A DNA stretch of 64,000 bases, from positions 990,045-1,054,044 of the forward strand of contig CBDAOY010000007.1 in the NCBI GenBank assembly GCA_965198225.1, written 5' to 3'. This document shows positions 39,900 to 48,613 of this stretch, in pieces. The DNA is from Terriglobia bacterium. Its GTDB lineage: Bacteria; Acidobacteriota; Terriglobia; 20CM-2-55-15. The notes beneath the pieces were generated by a model. It did no database searches and was not told the DNA's origin. It saw nothing but the letters and a program-made list of their open reading frames with translations. Each line of letters starts with the position of its first letter. The first letter of the stretch is position 1. The translations under genes and the position numbers were made by a program.

Positions 39900-40340
39900 A
39901 TTGCGACGACGTGGACGATGTGCCGAATGGAAAGGGACTTCGCAGTTGTGCAGGGAACGGCTCCAGGCCATAACCGACTTCGATCCAGATCCGGCGTTCC
40001 TCGATCGACGTCAGTATCAGGACACCGTTGTCTTCACCCCGCTGCCCGATGCCCCAGCGTTCGAAAAGACGGTTGGCGAAGTCCGCAATCTCCCCGCCCT
40101 GGAGCGACGGCAGCGTGACGACGGCCACCTGCGGACCGGTCTTCTGCTCGAGCTACGCCAGAAACGGTTCCACCTGACCCCGCTCGGCACTCATCACATT
40201 CGCGAAGTCATTGACGTATCCGCCGGGCTCCAGCTGATTGTGGAGCGCATCGCCCGTCTTGGGCCGAGAGCGGGGTCTGGCCGACGCAGACGGTCAGTGA
40301 CAGGAGCAGGGGCAGGAACAGCTTTGTCGTCGGGCGAAGC
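39900..40340 (-). pseudogene. TPM-domain (YgcG-like) secreted protein, disrupted
   Basis: It has a signal peptide (MLRPTTKLFLPLLLSLTVCVGQ). The TPM motifs GYVNDFANVMSAERGQVEPFLA-[TAG at 40153-40155]-LEQKTGPQVAVVTLPSLQGGEIADFANRLFERWGIGQRGEDNGVLILTSIEERRIWIEVGYGLE are followed by loss of frame. Manual translation needs at least two frameshifts plus the in-frame stop. Confidence 0.4.
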
Positions 40341-40388
40341 ATCGCTCTTCCTATTGTATGCGACAGGGGAGGATGTTGTGATTTCTGG

Positions 40389-40424
40389 ATAAAATAGGGA
40401 CAGACTCCTGTGTCCCTATTTTAT
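40389..40424. repeat. inverted repeat ATAAAATAGGGACAG-N-CTGTGTCCCTATTTTAT
   Basis: It shares the GGGACAG...CTGTCCC core with the palindrome family. It sits at the promoter of the glycosyltransferase pair. Confidence 0.5.
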
Positions 40425-40448
40425 CGGCAACATTTTGAACCACTTAAA

Positions 40449-41150
40449 ATGCCGGCTATGAAGATCTCTGTCATCATCCCAGCCTACAACGAAGCGGACC
40501 AGATCGGGCTGACACTGGACGCCGTCCACGCCGCAGGCCTTGATGACGTTCTGGTGGTCGACGGCGGCAGTGCCGACGAAACGGTTCTGCACGCACAGGC
40601 CGCCCGGGTGACGACGATGGAGGGTCCCCGGGGAAGGGCGAGCCAGATGAACGCCGGCGCGCGAGTCAGCAGCGGGGAGGTCCTGCTGTTTCTCCACGCC
40701 GACACGCGCCTGCCGCCGGACGCGGGCCGGCTTGTCGAGAACGCCCTCGCGGACGATCGCGTCCTCGGTGGTGCCTTCCACCTGCGATTCGACTCCGGCG
40801 GCTGGCTCATGCGTCTGGTGAGCTTCCAGACCAACGTGCGTTCCTACATTCTCGCCCCCTGGGGGGATCAAGCTCTTTTCGTCCGCCGCACCTTCTTCCT
40901 CGAAACCGAAGGCTACCGGCAATGGCGCTTGATGGAGGACGTCGAAATGGCTCATCGCATCAAGAAGAACGGACGATTCACAATGATCCGGACCCCGGTG
41001 GTGACTTCCGGTCGACGATTTCGCGAGCAAGGCTTCATCCGAAACGGAGTCCGCAACCAGATGCTGATGGCGGCATACTATGCAGGCATTGCGCCGGACC
41101 GCCTGGCTCGATTCTATTCCTATGACCGGCGAACAAGAGAGGAACGCTGA
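40449..41150 (+). CDS. GT2-family glycosyltransferase, TIGR04283-like (rSAM/selenodomain-associated 'transferase 2')
   Basis: It has ISVIIPAYNEA and VLVVDGGSADET. It is paired with a DUF2064 gene with a 1-nt overlap. Confidence 0.75.
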   Translation: MPAMKISVIIPAYNEADQIGLTLDAVHAAGLDDVLVVDGGSADETVLHAQAARVTTMEGPRGRASQMNAGARVSSGEVLLFLHADTRLPPDAGRLVENALADDRVLGGAFHLRFDSGGWLMRLVSFQTNVRSYILAPWGDQALFVRRTFFLETEGYRQWRLMEDVEMAHRIKKNGRFTMIRTPVVTSGRRFREQGFIRNGVRNQMLMAAYYAGIAPDRLARFYSYDRRTREER

Positions 41151-41830
41151 TGAAGGCGCCGCTGGCGACCTCGCTTGTCATCATGGCCAAGGCGCCACGT
41201 GCCGGCCGCACGAAAACGCGCCTGTTTCCCGCTTTGACCCCTGATGAAGCCGCCGGTTTGTATCGGTCGATGTTGCTGGACACGATCGAGCGGCTCCGTT
41301 CGCTGTCCGGGTTCGAGCTCTGGCTGGCATTCACGCCGGAGGACGAACGGGCCTGGTTCGAGACGAACATCGATCCGCCGATCCCGTTGATGCCTCAGCG
41401 GGGCGACGATCTGGGCCAGCGTATGCACCACATCGTCGAAGACAGGTGCTCCGATGGAGCTGAAGCTGTGCTGCTCGTCGGAACCGACCTGCCCACGCTT
41501 CCCGCCGACTATGTGCGTCAGGCGGCGGATTTACTGCACGAGGACGACAGGGTCGTCCTCGGCCCGACCGAAGACGGGGGCTACTACCTGATCGGATTGT
41601 GCGAGCCGGACATCCGTCTGTTCGAACGAATCGAATGGAGCACGGATTCGGTCTTCCAGCAGACCGTCTGTCAGGCCGAGGCGGCAGGAAAGTCCGTCTC
41701 GACGGTTCCGTCCTGGTTCGACATCGACGAGCCTGCCGACCTCGAACGTCTCCGGAGCGCGCTCGAACACAGCGACGAGCAAACCCATCCCCCGCACACC
41801 GCGAACTTTCTGGCGTGTCTCGGAGGCTAG
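41150..41830 (+). CDS. DUF2064 / TIGR04282-like glycosyltransferase-like protein ('transferase 1')
   Basis: The N-terminal LVIMAKAPRAGRTKTRL...LYRSMLLDT is the DUF2064 signature. Confidence 0.75.
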   Translation: MKAPLATSLVIMAKAPRAGRTKTRLFPALTPDEAAGLYRSMLLDTIERLRSLSGFELWLAFTPEDERAWFETNIDPPIPLMPQRGDDLGQRMHHIVEDRCSDGAEAVLLVGTDLPTLPADYVRQAADLLHEDDRVVLGPTEDGGYYLIGLCEPDIRLFERIEWSTDSVFQQTVCQAEAAGKSVSTVPSWFDIDEPADLERLRSALEHSDEQTHPPHTANFLACLGG

Positions 41831-41869
41831 ACCATTTCGGGCCGTTCGATCGCGCCATAGCTGGCTCGA

Positions 41870-42511
41870 TCACTCCTCCGCTCCCGAATCTCCTTCAGTT
41901 GCGTCCTCCGTGAACTCCGCCAGCGAACGTCGCGCCATCTGTGTCAGCAGCACGGCGACGATCACGGTAGCACCGAGCCCGAACCAATAGAGGACGGTTT
42001 CTCCGGTCGTGGCCTCGCGTTGACCCGACAACATTTCCGCAATGTTGAAAGCGACGGACCCGATGTAGACGTACATCGCGGTGGCAGGGAACATTCCCAG
42101 AAAAGACGCCAATACATAGTCACGCAGGCGGACCCGCGTCAGGCCCAGCGAATAGTTCAGGAAGACGAAAGGAAAGACGGGCGACAGGCGGAGGAGTGTG
42201 ATCAGCTTGAATCCCGATTCTTCCGCGGCCTGGTTCAGCCGGTCGAGGAACGGCTGATTGCGGATCCGCCGCTCTATCCGGTGGCGGAACGCGGTACGAA
42301 CGAGTAGAAACGCGATCGTCGCGGCCAGGACGCTCACGGGAGAAACCAGAGCCGTTCCGAGAATCGGCCCGTATATGAATCCGGCGATCAGCGTCATCGC
42401 AGAGCCTGGAATCAGGGCGATGGTTGCAACTACGTATATAAGTGCGAAAGCGAGGGGACCGATCCAGCCCAGACCCCGGATCGTTTCGACAGCGATTATG
42501 ATCCAGTCGTC
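41870..42511 (-). CDS. DedA/TVP38/TMEM64-family membrane protein
   Basis: It has the SNARE-associated motif GFIYGP. Confidence 0.7.
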   Translation of the reverse strand, partial: DDWIIIAVETIRGLGWIGPLAFALIYVVATIALIPGSAMTLIAGFIYGPILGTALVSPVSVLAATIAFLLVRTAFRHRIERRIRNQPFLDRLNQAAEESGFKLITLLRLSPVFPFVFLNYSLGLTRVRLRDYVLASFLGMFPATAMYVYIGSVAFNIAEMLSGQREATTGETVLYWFGLGATVIVAVLLTQMARRSLAEFTEDATEGDSGAEE

Positions 42512-42623
42512 CATGAGTAAGTGGCCACCAGGCCATATCGCGCATGGCTTGCGCACGAACTCGACGTGGGCCATCGGCGTGAAGAAAGCGCCCGGCTCCA
42601 CAAATGTCGCCGGGTGCGGCCTA

Positions 42624-45077
42624 TCAGCAGCACTCGCCGGGTTCGCAACACTCAACGCTGGACAGCGCCGCGTCAGCATCCTTGGCCATCACCAGGAAAG
42701 ATCCCGCGTAAGGCTCTCGCGACAGTTTCGCAGCGGTATCGGTGCACACCTGGACGGGTTCGTTTCGGGGAAAGAGGTGGCCTTCCTCGTCGACGACCGC
42801 CTTCAGCGGGCCCAGATAGACGGCGCGCTGGCCTTCGAAGTTGCACACTCCGTTCTTCCCGAACTTGAAGCCCTGGATGATCAGCGAGTAGAAACGGTAG
42901 CCTTCGATCTCTTTCCAGAAGGTTTTCTCGACGAGCGACAGGCCGTAGAAACCCACCTGCTCGAGCATGGCGAAGTATTCATCTTCGGTCAGTGCTCCCG
43001 AGACGCACTCTCCCCACAGCCGGGGGTTGGCTTTCATGTGGTGGGGAATCTTCGATTCGGACACCGTGTCGGAGATGATCGCGCGGCCGTGATTCTTCAG
43101 AACCCGCCACATCTGCGAAAGTACGCGGCGTTTATCGGGCGAAAGGTTGATCACGCAGTTGGACGTCACGATATCGGCCTTCTGATCCTCCAGCGGAAGC
43201 TGTTCGAGGTATCCGCGCCGGAATTCGACGACGTCGTACCCGAGGGATTCGGCGACGATGCCCCGATTCCGTTCGGCCCGCTCGATCATTTCCGTCGTCA
43301 TGTCGATGCCGATCACACGACCGCTGGACCCGACGCGCTGTGCCGCGATAAAGCAGTCGATACCGCCTCCCGAACCGAGATCGACGTATGTTTCGCCCGG
43401 CTTGATGTCGGCGAACCGAATCGGGCTGCCGCAGCCGTAGGACACCTCGACGACTTCCTTCGGCAGTGCCCGAAGCTCGGCGGGGTCGTAGGCGGTCGGA
43501 CAGCACAGCGCTTCCTGAGGCTCGACGGCCGCCTGGGCGTAGAACTGGCGGACTTTCTCACGCGATCGTTCCAAGTCGACGGAGAGGACGCACGTGGAAC
43601 GGGATGTGGCGATCTCGAACCCCTCCGCTTCAATGGTTTCCATCTCAGAAAGCGATTCACCCATCGCGGCCACGACGGTCGGGGAATCGTATCCGGATGG
43701 GCCCTCATGGCTCTTGTTCTCAGAGGCGATCTGCTCGATCGCTCGGAGCAGCAGCCATTCGTGAACCTTCGAAAACGGGTCTTTTCCAAGGACGGTGCCG
43801 GAGTAGAAGAATGAATGTTCGACGTCACCGCCGCCGCACACGTAGCGCAGGTAGCATTCCTGACAGTCTTCTTTCGCGATGACGCTGGCTCGGCGCAGCG
43901 CGCGCGCGCGCGCGGATGTTTTCCAGATTTCCGCCAGCGGCTGTTCCTCGACGTTGCCCATAAGCAGTTCGGGGACACCGGCCAGCGCCGCGGAAGGATA
44001 GACGGTGCCGTCCGCGTAGACGCAGCAGCTGCTCGTGGCCGCGACCGACAGGTCCATCTTGACCCCGCGTCGGCCCTGAGCCCTTTCCCGGGCGACCTCG
44101 TAGTTGTCGAGCTCGATTCCCTTCGAAGATGCGTTTTCCAGGTATCGTTCCAGCATCTCGATGATGTCGGCGGTGAACGGACTCTGCATCTGGTCGTCTT
44201 CCAGAGCCCTGCCCTGTTTGTGGTCCCACAGCAGGTGATGACGCCGGACGCCGAGTTTGTCCAGGAACTCCGGGAATCGAGGAAGCGTGTCGAGGTTCGA
44301 GCGAGTCACGACAGTGGACACGGTCGGTTCAAACGCGGCGTCCAGCAGGGCGCCGATGCCTTCGACGGTTCGCTCGAACCCGGATCCGCGGATCGCGTGG
44401 TGGGTCTCGCGGTCGGGTCCGTCGATGCTGACCTGTAGGGCCACGTTGCCGTTCGCGGCGGCTTTGAGATTGGCCAGGGTATCGCCCCGGAAGAACATGG
44501 CGTTGGTCAGGATGACGAGTTCGCTGTCGGTGCAGATGGCCCGAACGATGTCGATCAGGTCGCGCCGTAAGAACGGCTCTCCACCGGTGATGTAAAATTG
44601 CCGAACACCCATCTGTTTCGCGTCGTCGACGATCTTCAGCCATCGATCAGTTGGAAGTCCCTCGATCCCTTTCGGGGAAGAATCCACGAGGCAGTGGGCG
44701 CAAGTCAGGTTGCAGCGGTTCGTCAGGTGCAGCCACATCTCTTGCGGCTCGTGGCGCTCGATCAACGCCCCGCGACCCGGATAGGTCGGGTGCTGGAACG
44801 GCTCGCTTCTCAGGAAGTCGGTCCGCAGTGCATGGTTGAGCAGCGTGCTGACGTCGAGCCAGGCTTCGGCCCAGTCCTTGCCCGCGTGGGACCGGTAGCG
44901 GCCCACAAGGTCCGAGACCCTCCGCTGTCCGTCGATCCAGCCGAGTATTTCGACGCCCGCTCGGTTCGTCACGATCCAGTTTGGCGCCTCGGGGTCGAAC
45001 ATCAGTCCGAATTCTCCGATCAGCCGCTCTTCGTAACGTGGGGGCGCGTGAAGTACCTGTTCAGGCAAGATAGTCAT
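42624..45077 (-). CDS. fusion protein: PqqD/RRE-like N-terminus + radical SAM (CxxxCxxC) + Cys-rich/SPASM-like domain (ArsS-like) + complete ArsM-type arsenite S-adenosylmethyltransferase
   Basis: The rSAM motif is TNRCNLTCAHC. The Cys-rich region is SSCCVYADGTVYPS...CQECYLRYVCGGGD. The ArsM half has LCCPTAY, YGCGSPI, VDLGSGGGIDCF, SNCVINLSPDK and LWGECVSGAL, with all four conserved ArsM cysteines present. The start has an AGGAGA RBS. Confidence 0.8.
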   Translation of the reverse strand: MTILPEQVLHAPPRYEERLIGEFGLMFDPEAPNWIVTNRAGVEILGWIDGQRRVSDLVGRYRSHAGKDWAEAWLDVSTLLNHALRTDFLRSEPFQHPTYPGRGALIERHEPQEMWLHLTNRCNLTCAHCLVDSSPKGIEGLPTDRWLKIVDDAKQMGVRQFYITGGEPFLRRDLIDIVRAICTDSELVILTNAMFFRGDTLANLKAAANGNVALQVSIDGPDRETHHAIRGSGFERTVEGIGALLDAAFEPTVSTVVTRSNLDTLPRFPEFLDKLGVRRHHLLWDHKQGRALEDDQMQSPFTADIIEMLERYLENASSKGIELDNYEVARERAQGRRGVKMDLSVAATSSCCVYADGTVYPSAALAGVPELLMGNVEEQPLAEIWKTSARARALRRASVIAKEDCQECYLRYVCGGGDVEHSFFYSGTVLGKDPFSKVHEWLLLRAIEQIASENKSHEGPSGYDSPTVVAAMGESLSEMETIEAEGFEIATSRSTCVLSVDLERSREKVRQFYAQAAVEPQEALCCPTAYDPAELRALPKEVVEVSYGCGSPIRFADIKPGETYVDLGSGGGIDCFIAAQRVGSSGRVIGIDMTTEMIERAERNRGIVAESLGYDVVEFRRGYLEQLPLEDQKADIVTSNCVINLSPDKRRVLSQMWRVLKNHGRAIISDTVSESKIPHHMKANPRLWGECVSGALTEDEYFAMLEQVGFYGLSLVEKTFWKEIEGYRFYSLIIQGFKFGKNGVCNFEGQRAVYLGPLKAVVDEEGHLFPRNEPVQVCTDTAAKLSREPYAGSFLVMAKDADAALSSVECCEPGECC

Positions 45078-45254
45078 GGGGTGTCTCCTGATTCAATGCG
45101 AAGGGCAAGTTCTCCGAACGAATCATTTGATCGACTTTTCTTCAGCCGATATTGTAAGCGAAGTCACCGAGATGGGAAGGGTAGCGTGGATGTCAAAGAC
45201 GAGAGAGGTGAGGGGCGCCGGCAGACGATGACGCGACCTGCCGGCGTCTGCGCC

Positions 45255-45588
45255 TTATCCCGGGCGTCGACGCATCTCTTCCCGGGTGATGAATCCATCA
45301 TCGTCCGCGTCGAGGCGGTCGAAGGCCTCAGTCGGTCGGGTCCACTCGTCACGAGAAACCTTGCCGTCGCCGTCTTCATCCATCTGGAGCATCGCGGCTC
45401 CCCGGCCACGTCCGCCTCTGCCCGGGCGGGAGTTCTGCATCTCTTCGAGAGTGATGAAGCCGTCGCCATCGGCGTCCATGGTCTCGAACATCTGCGCGGG
45501 ACCCGGAAACTCCTGCTGCGACACGCGTCCATCGCCATCGCTGTCGAGCCCCTGGAAACGGGCTTGAGGGTCTGCGCCTCTTCCGCCT
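45255..45588 (-). repeat. downstream copy of an exact ~310-bp tandem duplication. It encodes a now out-of-phase extra EF-hand segment (...DADDDGFITREEMRRRPG*).
   Basis: Region 45301-45590 is 100% identical to 45611-45900. At the junction the upstream copy carries 2-bp and 7-bp deletions, which create a TAG stop at 45589-45591. Confidence 0.7.
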
Positions 45589-46746
45589 CTATCCCGGGCG
45601 TCGCCATCTCTTCCCGAATCCATCATCGTCCGCGTCGAGGCGGTCGAAGGCCTCAGTCGGTCGGGTCCACTCGTCACGAGAAACCTTGCCGTCGCCGTCT
45701 TCATCCATCTGGAGCATCGCGGCTCCCCGGCCACGTCCGCCTCTGCCCGGGCGGGAGTTCTGCATCTCTTCGAGAGTGATGAAGCCGTCGCCATCGGCGT
45801 CCATGGTCTCGAACATCTGCGCGGGACCCGGAAACTCCTGCTGCGACACGCGTCCATCGCCATCGCTGTCGAGCCCCTGGAAACGGGCTTGAGGGTCTGC
45901 GCCTCTTCCGCCTCTGCCGCGGCCGCCCCCGAATTGCCGCTGGATTTCGTCACGAGCGAGGAGACCATCATCGTTTCGATCGAGCCGGTCGAACGTCTCG
46001 CCGTCGCCCGTCCACTCTTCCCGTGAGATTGTACCGTCCTCGTTCGTGTCCATGACGCCCATACCGCCCGCAGTCCCGGGCCTCTGCCCCGGCCGAGGGC
46101 GCATACCACGCATGCCGCGGCCGCGACGCTGTCCCTGTTCCTGTCCGTAGGCGGTGATCTCCCCTCTGAGAGCGACCTCGAGCGCTGCCCTGGCTTCGGG
46201 GACATCGAACCCGGCCGGCCCGGGGCGTCCCTTGAAGGCGATGGTGCCGTCGGAGCCCACGACATAGATCCGGTCGGGAAACGCGGCGTACGCATTCGCC
46301 GTCCGGTCGTCGATCTTGTCCAGAATGGTCGGCATCGAGATGTCCAAGGCGGTCGTACAGATGTTGGCTGCTTCCTGGCGCTGCTCGTCGGTTTTGGCTT
46401 GTTCGATCAGGATGCCGTCGATAACATTCGCCGCTCCGAGGTTGCCGTCGGTGGGATGCGCTTCTCGAATGTAGACGAAGAAGAAATTGGCGCGGTCCTT
46501 GTAAGCCTGGTACCAGTTTTCGATGTCCACGACATCGCGGCGGAACGGGCCTCAGGTATAGCTGGCGAAGATCAGCGCGGTCGGTCTGCCCGTCATCTCA
46601 GAAAGCGTAATCTTTTGCTTTCCGTCTTTTGTACTGAGCGTGAAATCAGGCGCCGTATCTCCAGGCGTGGGGCCGCCGCCTCGCCGCTGGGCCGTGGCAG
46701 GGCTCACCAGGACGAGGACCAATAACGCAGACGCGAATGTTCTCAT
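45589..46746 (-). CDS. selenoprotein: iodothyronine-deiodinase-like thioredoxin-fold domain (Sec encoded by UGA at 46552-46554) fused to a C-terminal EF-hand repeat array; secreted
   Basis: It has a signal peptide (MRTFASALLVLVLVSPATAQ) with a GGAGGA RBS. APDFTL...RPTALIFASYT-[TGA]-GPFRRD...FFFVYIREAHPTDG matches the deiodinase motifs FGSxT-U-PPF and FLxVYIxEAHPSDGW. The hairpin GAUGUC-GUGG-GACAUC lies 15 nt after the UGA. There are at least six DxDxDG EF-hand loops. Confidence 0.7.
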
Positions 46747-46843
46747 GGGTTTACTCCTCCGTCGACTATAGACAGGGCGGAGCGGCACGGGTTTAAGAGC
46801 GTTTTCAAATCGAATGAGGACCGCGTCCAGCGGTACGAGCTAG

Positions 46844-47016
46844 CTTCAGCCCCCTCCGCCAAGGAGGAAGCCTCCTGCGGCGCCGCGCGCTGTTCCCGAC
46901 GCCAGGTCTCCCAGGAGCAGACCGCCTATTGCGCCGACAACGGCAAACACCGCGATCGTGCCCATCTTGGCTGCTGCGGACTTCTTAGCGCAGCTTTGTT
47001 CTTCGTTCTCTGTCAC
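46844..47016 (-). CDS. small glycine-zipper membrane protein (~57 aa, GTG start); not in the ORF track
   Basis: Manual translation gives ...MGTIAVFAVVGAIGGLLLGDLASGTARGAAGGFLLGGGG*. Confidence 0.3.
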
Positions 47017-47152
47017 GAAAGAGCCTCAGTTTCCCCGTTCAGTCGATGATACCGGTGTTGTAACGGGATTTCTTCAAAAAAGCCGGGGTCTGCCGGGGCG
47101 TCGCCCGGATGCGGTAACATTAGGCTGACTTGAGTGTGATGGAGGCAGGTTC

Positions 47153-47431
47153 ATGAAAGCAATATGGCAGGGCGCGGTCTTGGCCGAAAGCGAAGATACC
47201 ATCGTCGTGGAAGGGAACCACTACTTCCCACCGGAGTCGACCGACACCTCCCACTTTCGGCAGAGCCGGACCCACACGGTCTGCCCGTGGAAAGGACAGG
47301 CCAGCTACTACGACATCGTCGTCGACGGCGACACCAATAAGGACGCCGCCTGGTTCTACCCCGAGACGAAGGAAGCCGCCGACCAGATTCGCGGTTATGT
47401 CGCGTTCTGGCACGGAGTCGAAATCACCTAA
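47153..47431 (+). CDS. DUF427-domain protein
   Basis: It has GNHYFP...HTVCPWKGQASYYD and a GGAGG RBS. Confidence 0.7.
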   Translation: MKAIWQGAVLAESEDTIVVEGNHYFPPESTDTSHFRQSRTHTVCPWKGQASYYDIVVDGDTNKDAAWFYPETKEAADQIRGYVAFWHGVEIT

Positions 47432-47558
47432 AACGGGGGCAGAGCCCCCATTTCCCTCTTTCGTTCTCAACTTATTTCTGTTTTGGGCAGCGTCCGACGA
47501 CGCTTCAAAACGATCTTGAGCTTGACAGAAAGCCACCCTATGTAGAAATCTACATTCG

Positions 47559-47864
47559 ATGCCTCGAAACTACATGACATATCCGTCCGGTCTGGTCCTG
47601 CAGGCAATCGCTTCGGGGCATCGGTATGGTTTCGATGTGATGGATGTGACGGGATTGCCGAGTGGTACGGTTTACCCGGCACTTCGGAAGCTGGAACGAG
47701 AGGGCTATGTCCGTTCCAGGTGGGAAGGCGAAGATGTGGCCCGCCAGGCAGGGCGTCCACCGCGGCGTTACTACGAGGTTAGCGGCCCTGGCTCGGCGGC
47801 CTTGACCCAGCTGCTGAAACGGTTTCCAGGACTGGCCCGGGCCCTTGCCGCGGAGGTCTTGTGA
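47559..47864 (+). CDS. PadR-family transcriptional regulator
   Basis: It has the winged-helix motif GYDV...GTVYPALRKLEREGYV. Confidence 0.85.
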   Translation: MPRNYMTYPSGLVLQAIASGHRYGFDVMDVTGLPSGTVYPALRKLEREGYVRSRWEGEDVARQAGRPPRRYYEVSGPGSAALTQLLKRFPGLARALAAEVL

Positions 47865-48452
47865 GGTGGGCAGGCGGCGAGCGGTCTCTCCGCGTCTGCC
47901 TGTTGTGGATTCGCGCTCTGTCGTTCCTCGTCCCGCCCCCGGGCCGGGACGAATGGATGCGGGAGTGGCGTGGCGAGCTTCTGCATCACTGGAGTGAGTT
48001 CGAGACAGGAGTTCAAAAGTCCCGTGCTGCAAGATTCGATTTGTTCCTACATTCGATGGGCGCCTTGCCTGATGCACTGTGTCTGCTGCGTCAGGAGTGG
48101 AGACTGGACATGCTGATGCAGGATCTGACCTATGCGGTACGGACGCTCGGCGCTCGACCGGGCTTCACCTTCGTAGTGATTTTCATTCTGGCGCTGGGTA
48201 TCGGGGCCAACACCGTCGTGTTCAGCGTCGTCGATGCCGTCCTGTTTCGACCCCTACCGTTTCCCGAGCCGGAGAGGCTGGTTGCGATCTGGGACGAAAA
48301 CACCCAAAAGTCGATGCTTCGTCAGGGTCCGGCGCCCGGCAATCTGCTGGACTGGCGTGACCAGTCACGGGTGTTCGATGGTATCGGAGCCTGGTACGCG
48401 GGCGAGCCCAGGACTGTGCGCGACGAGTCCAGTGCGGAGAAAGTGTCCGCCA
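47861..48452 (+). pseudogene. ADOP-type (MacB-like/FtsX) permease, N-terminal ~195 aa only; interrupted by a mobile element
   Basis: DLTYAVRTLGARPGFTFVVIFILALGIGANTVVFSVVDAVLFRPLPFPEPERLVAIWDE is the classic ADOP N-terminus. At ~48450 the reading frame runs into AT-rich foreign DNA and stops (..SATIGFYYV*). Confidence 0.7.
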
Positions 48453-48613
48453 CTATAGGATTTTATTATGTCTAATAATATCCATAAGTCTTATTTATAT
48501 CAACAGTATATCGTCCTAGACAATCCAGCGCCGTCTGGTATAATCCAAGCCTGTTGGGGGATATATTGGGGGAGTGCTGGAGTGCCTCTGCCCCATCGGT
48601 CGAGGGCTCTGCA

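Noticed and set aside
45255-46295. 346-aa minus-strand ORF read as one protein
   Set aside because: Its N-terminal two thirds are out-of-frame junk across the duplicated segment. Only the last ~110 aa (the downstream duplicate copy) are in a protein-like frame. The real gene is the 45589-46746 selenoprotein frame.
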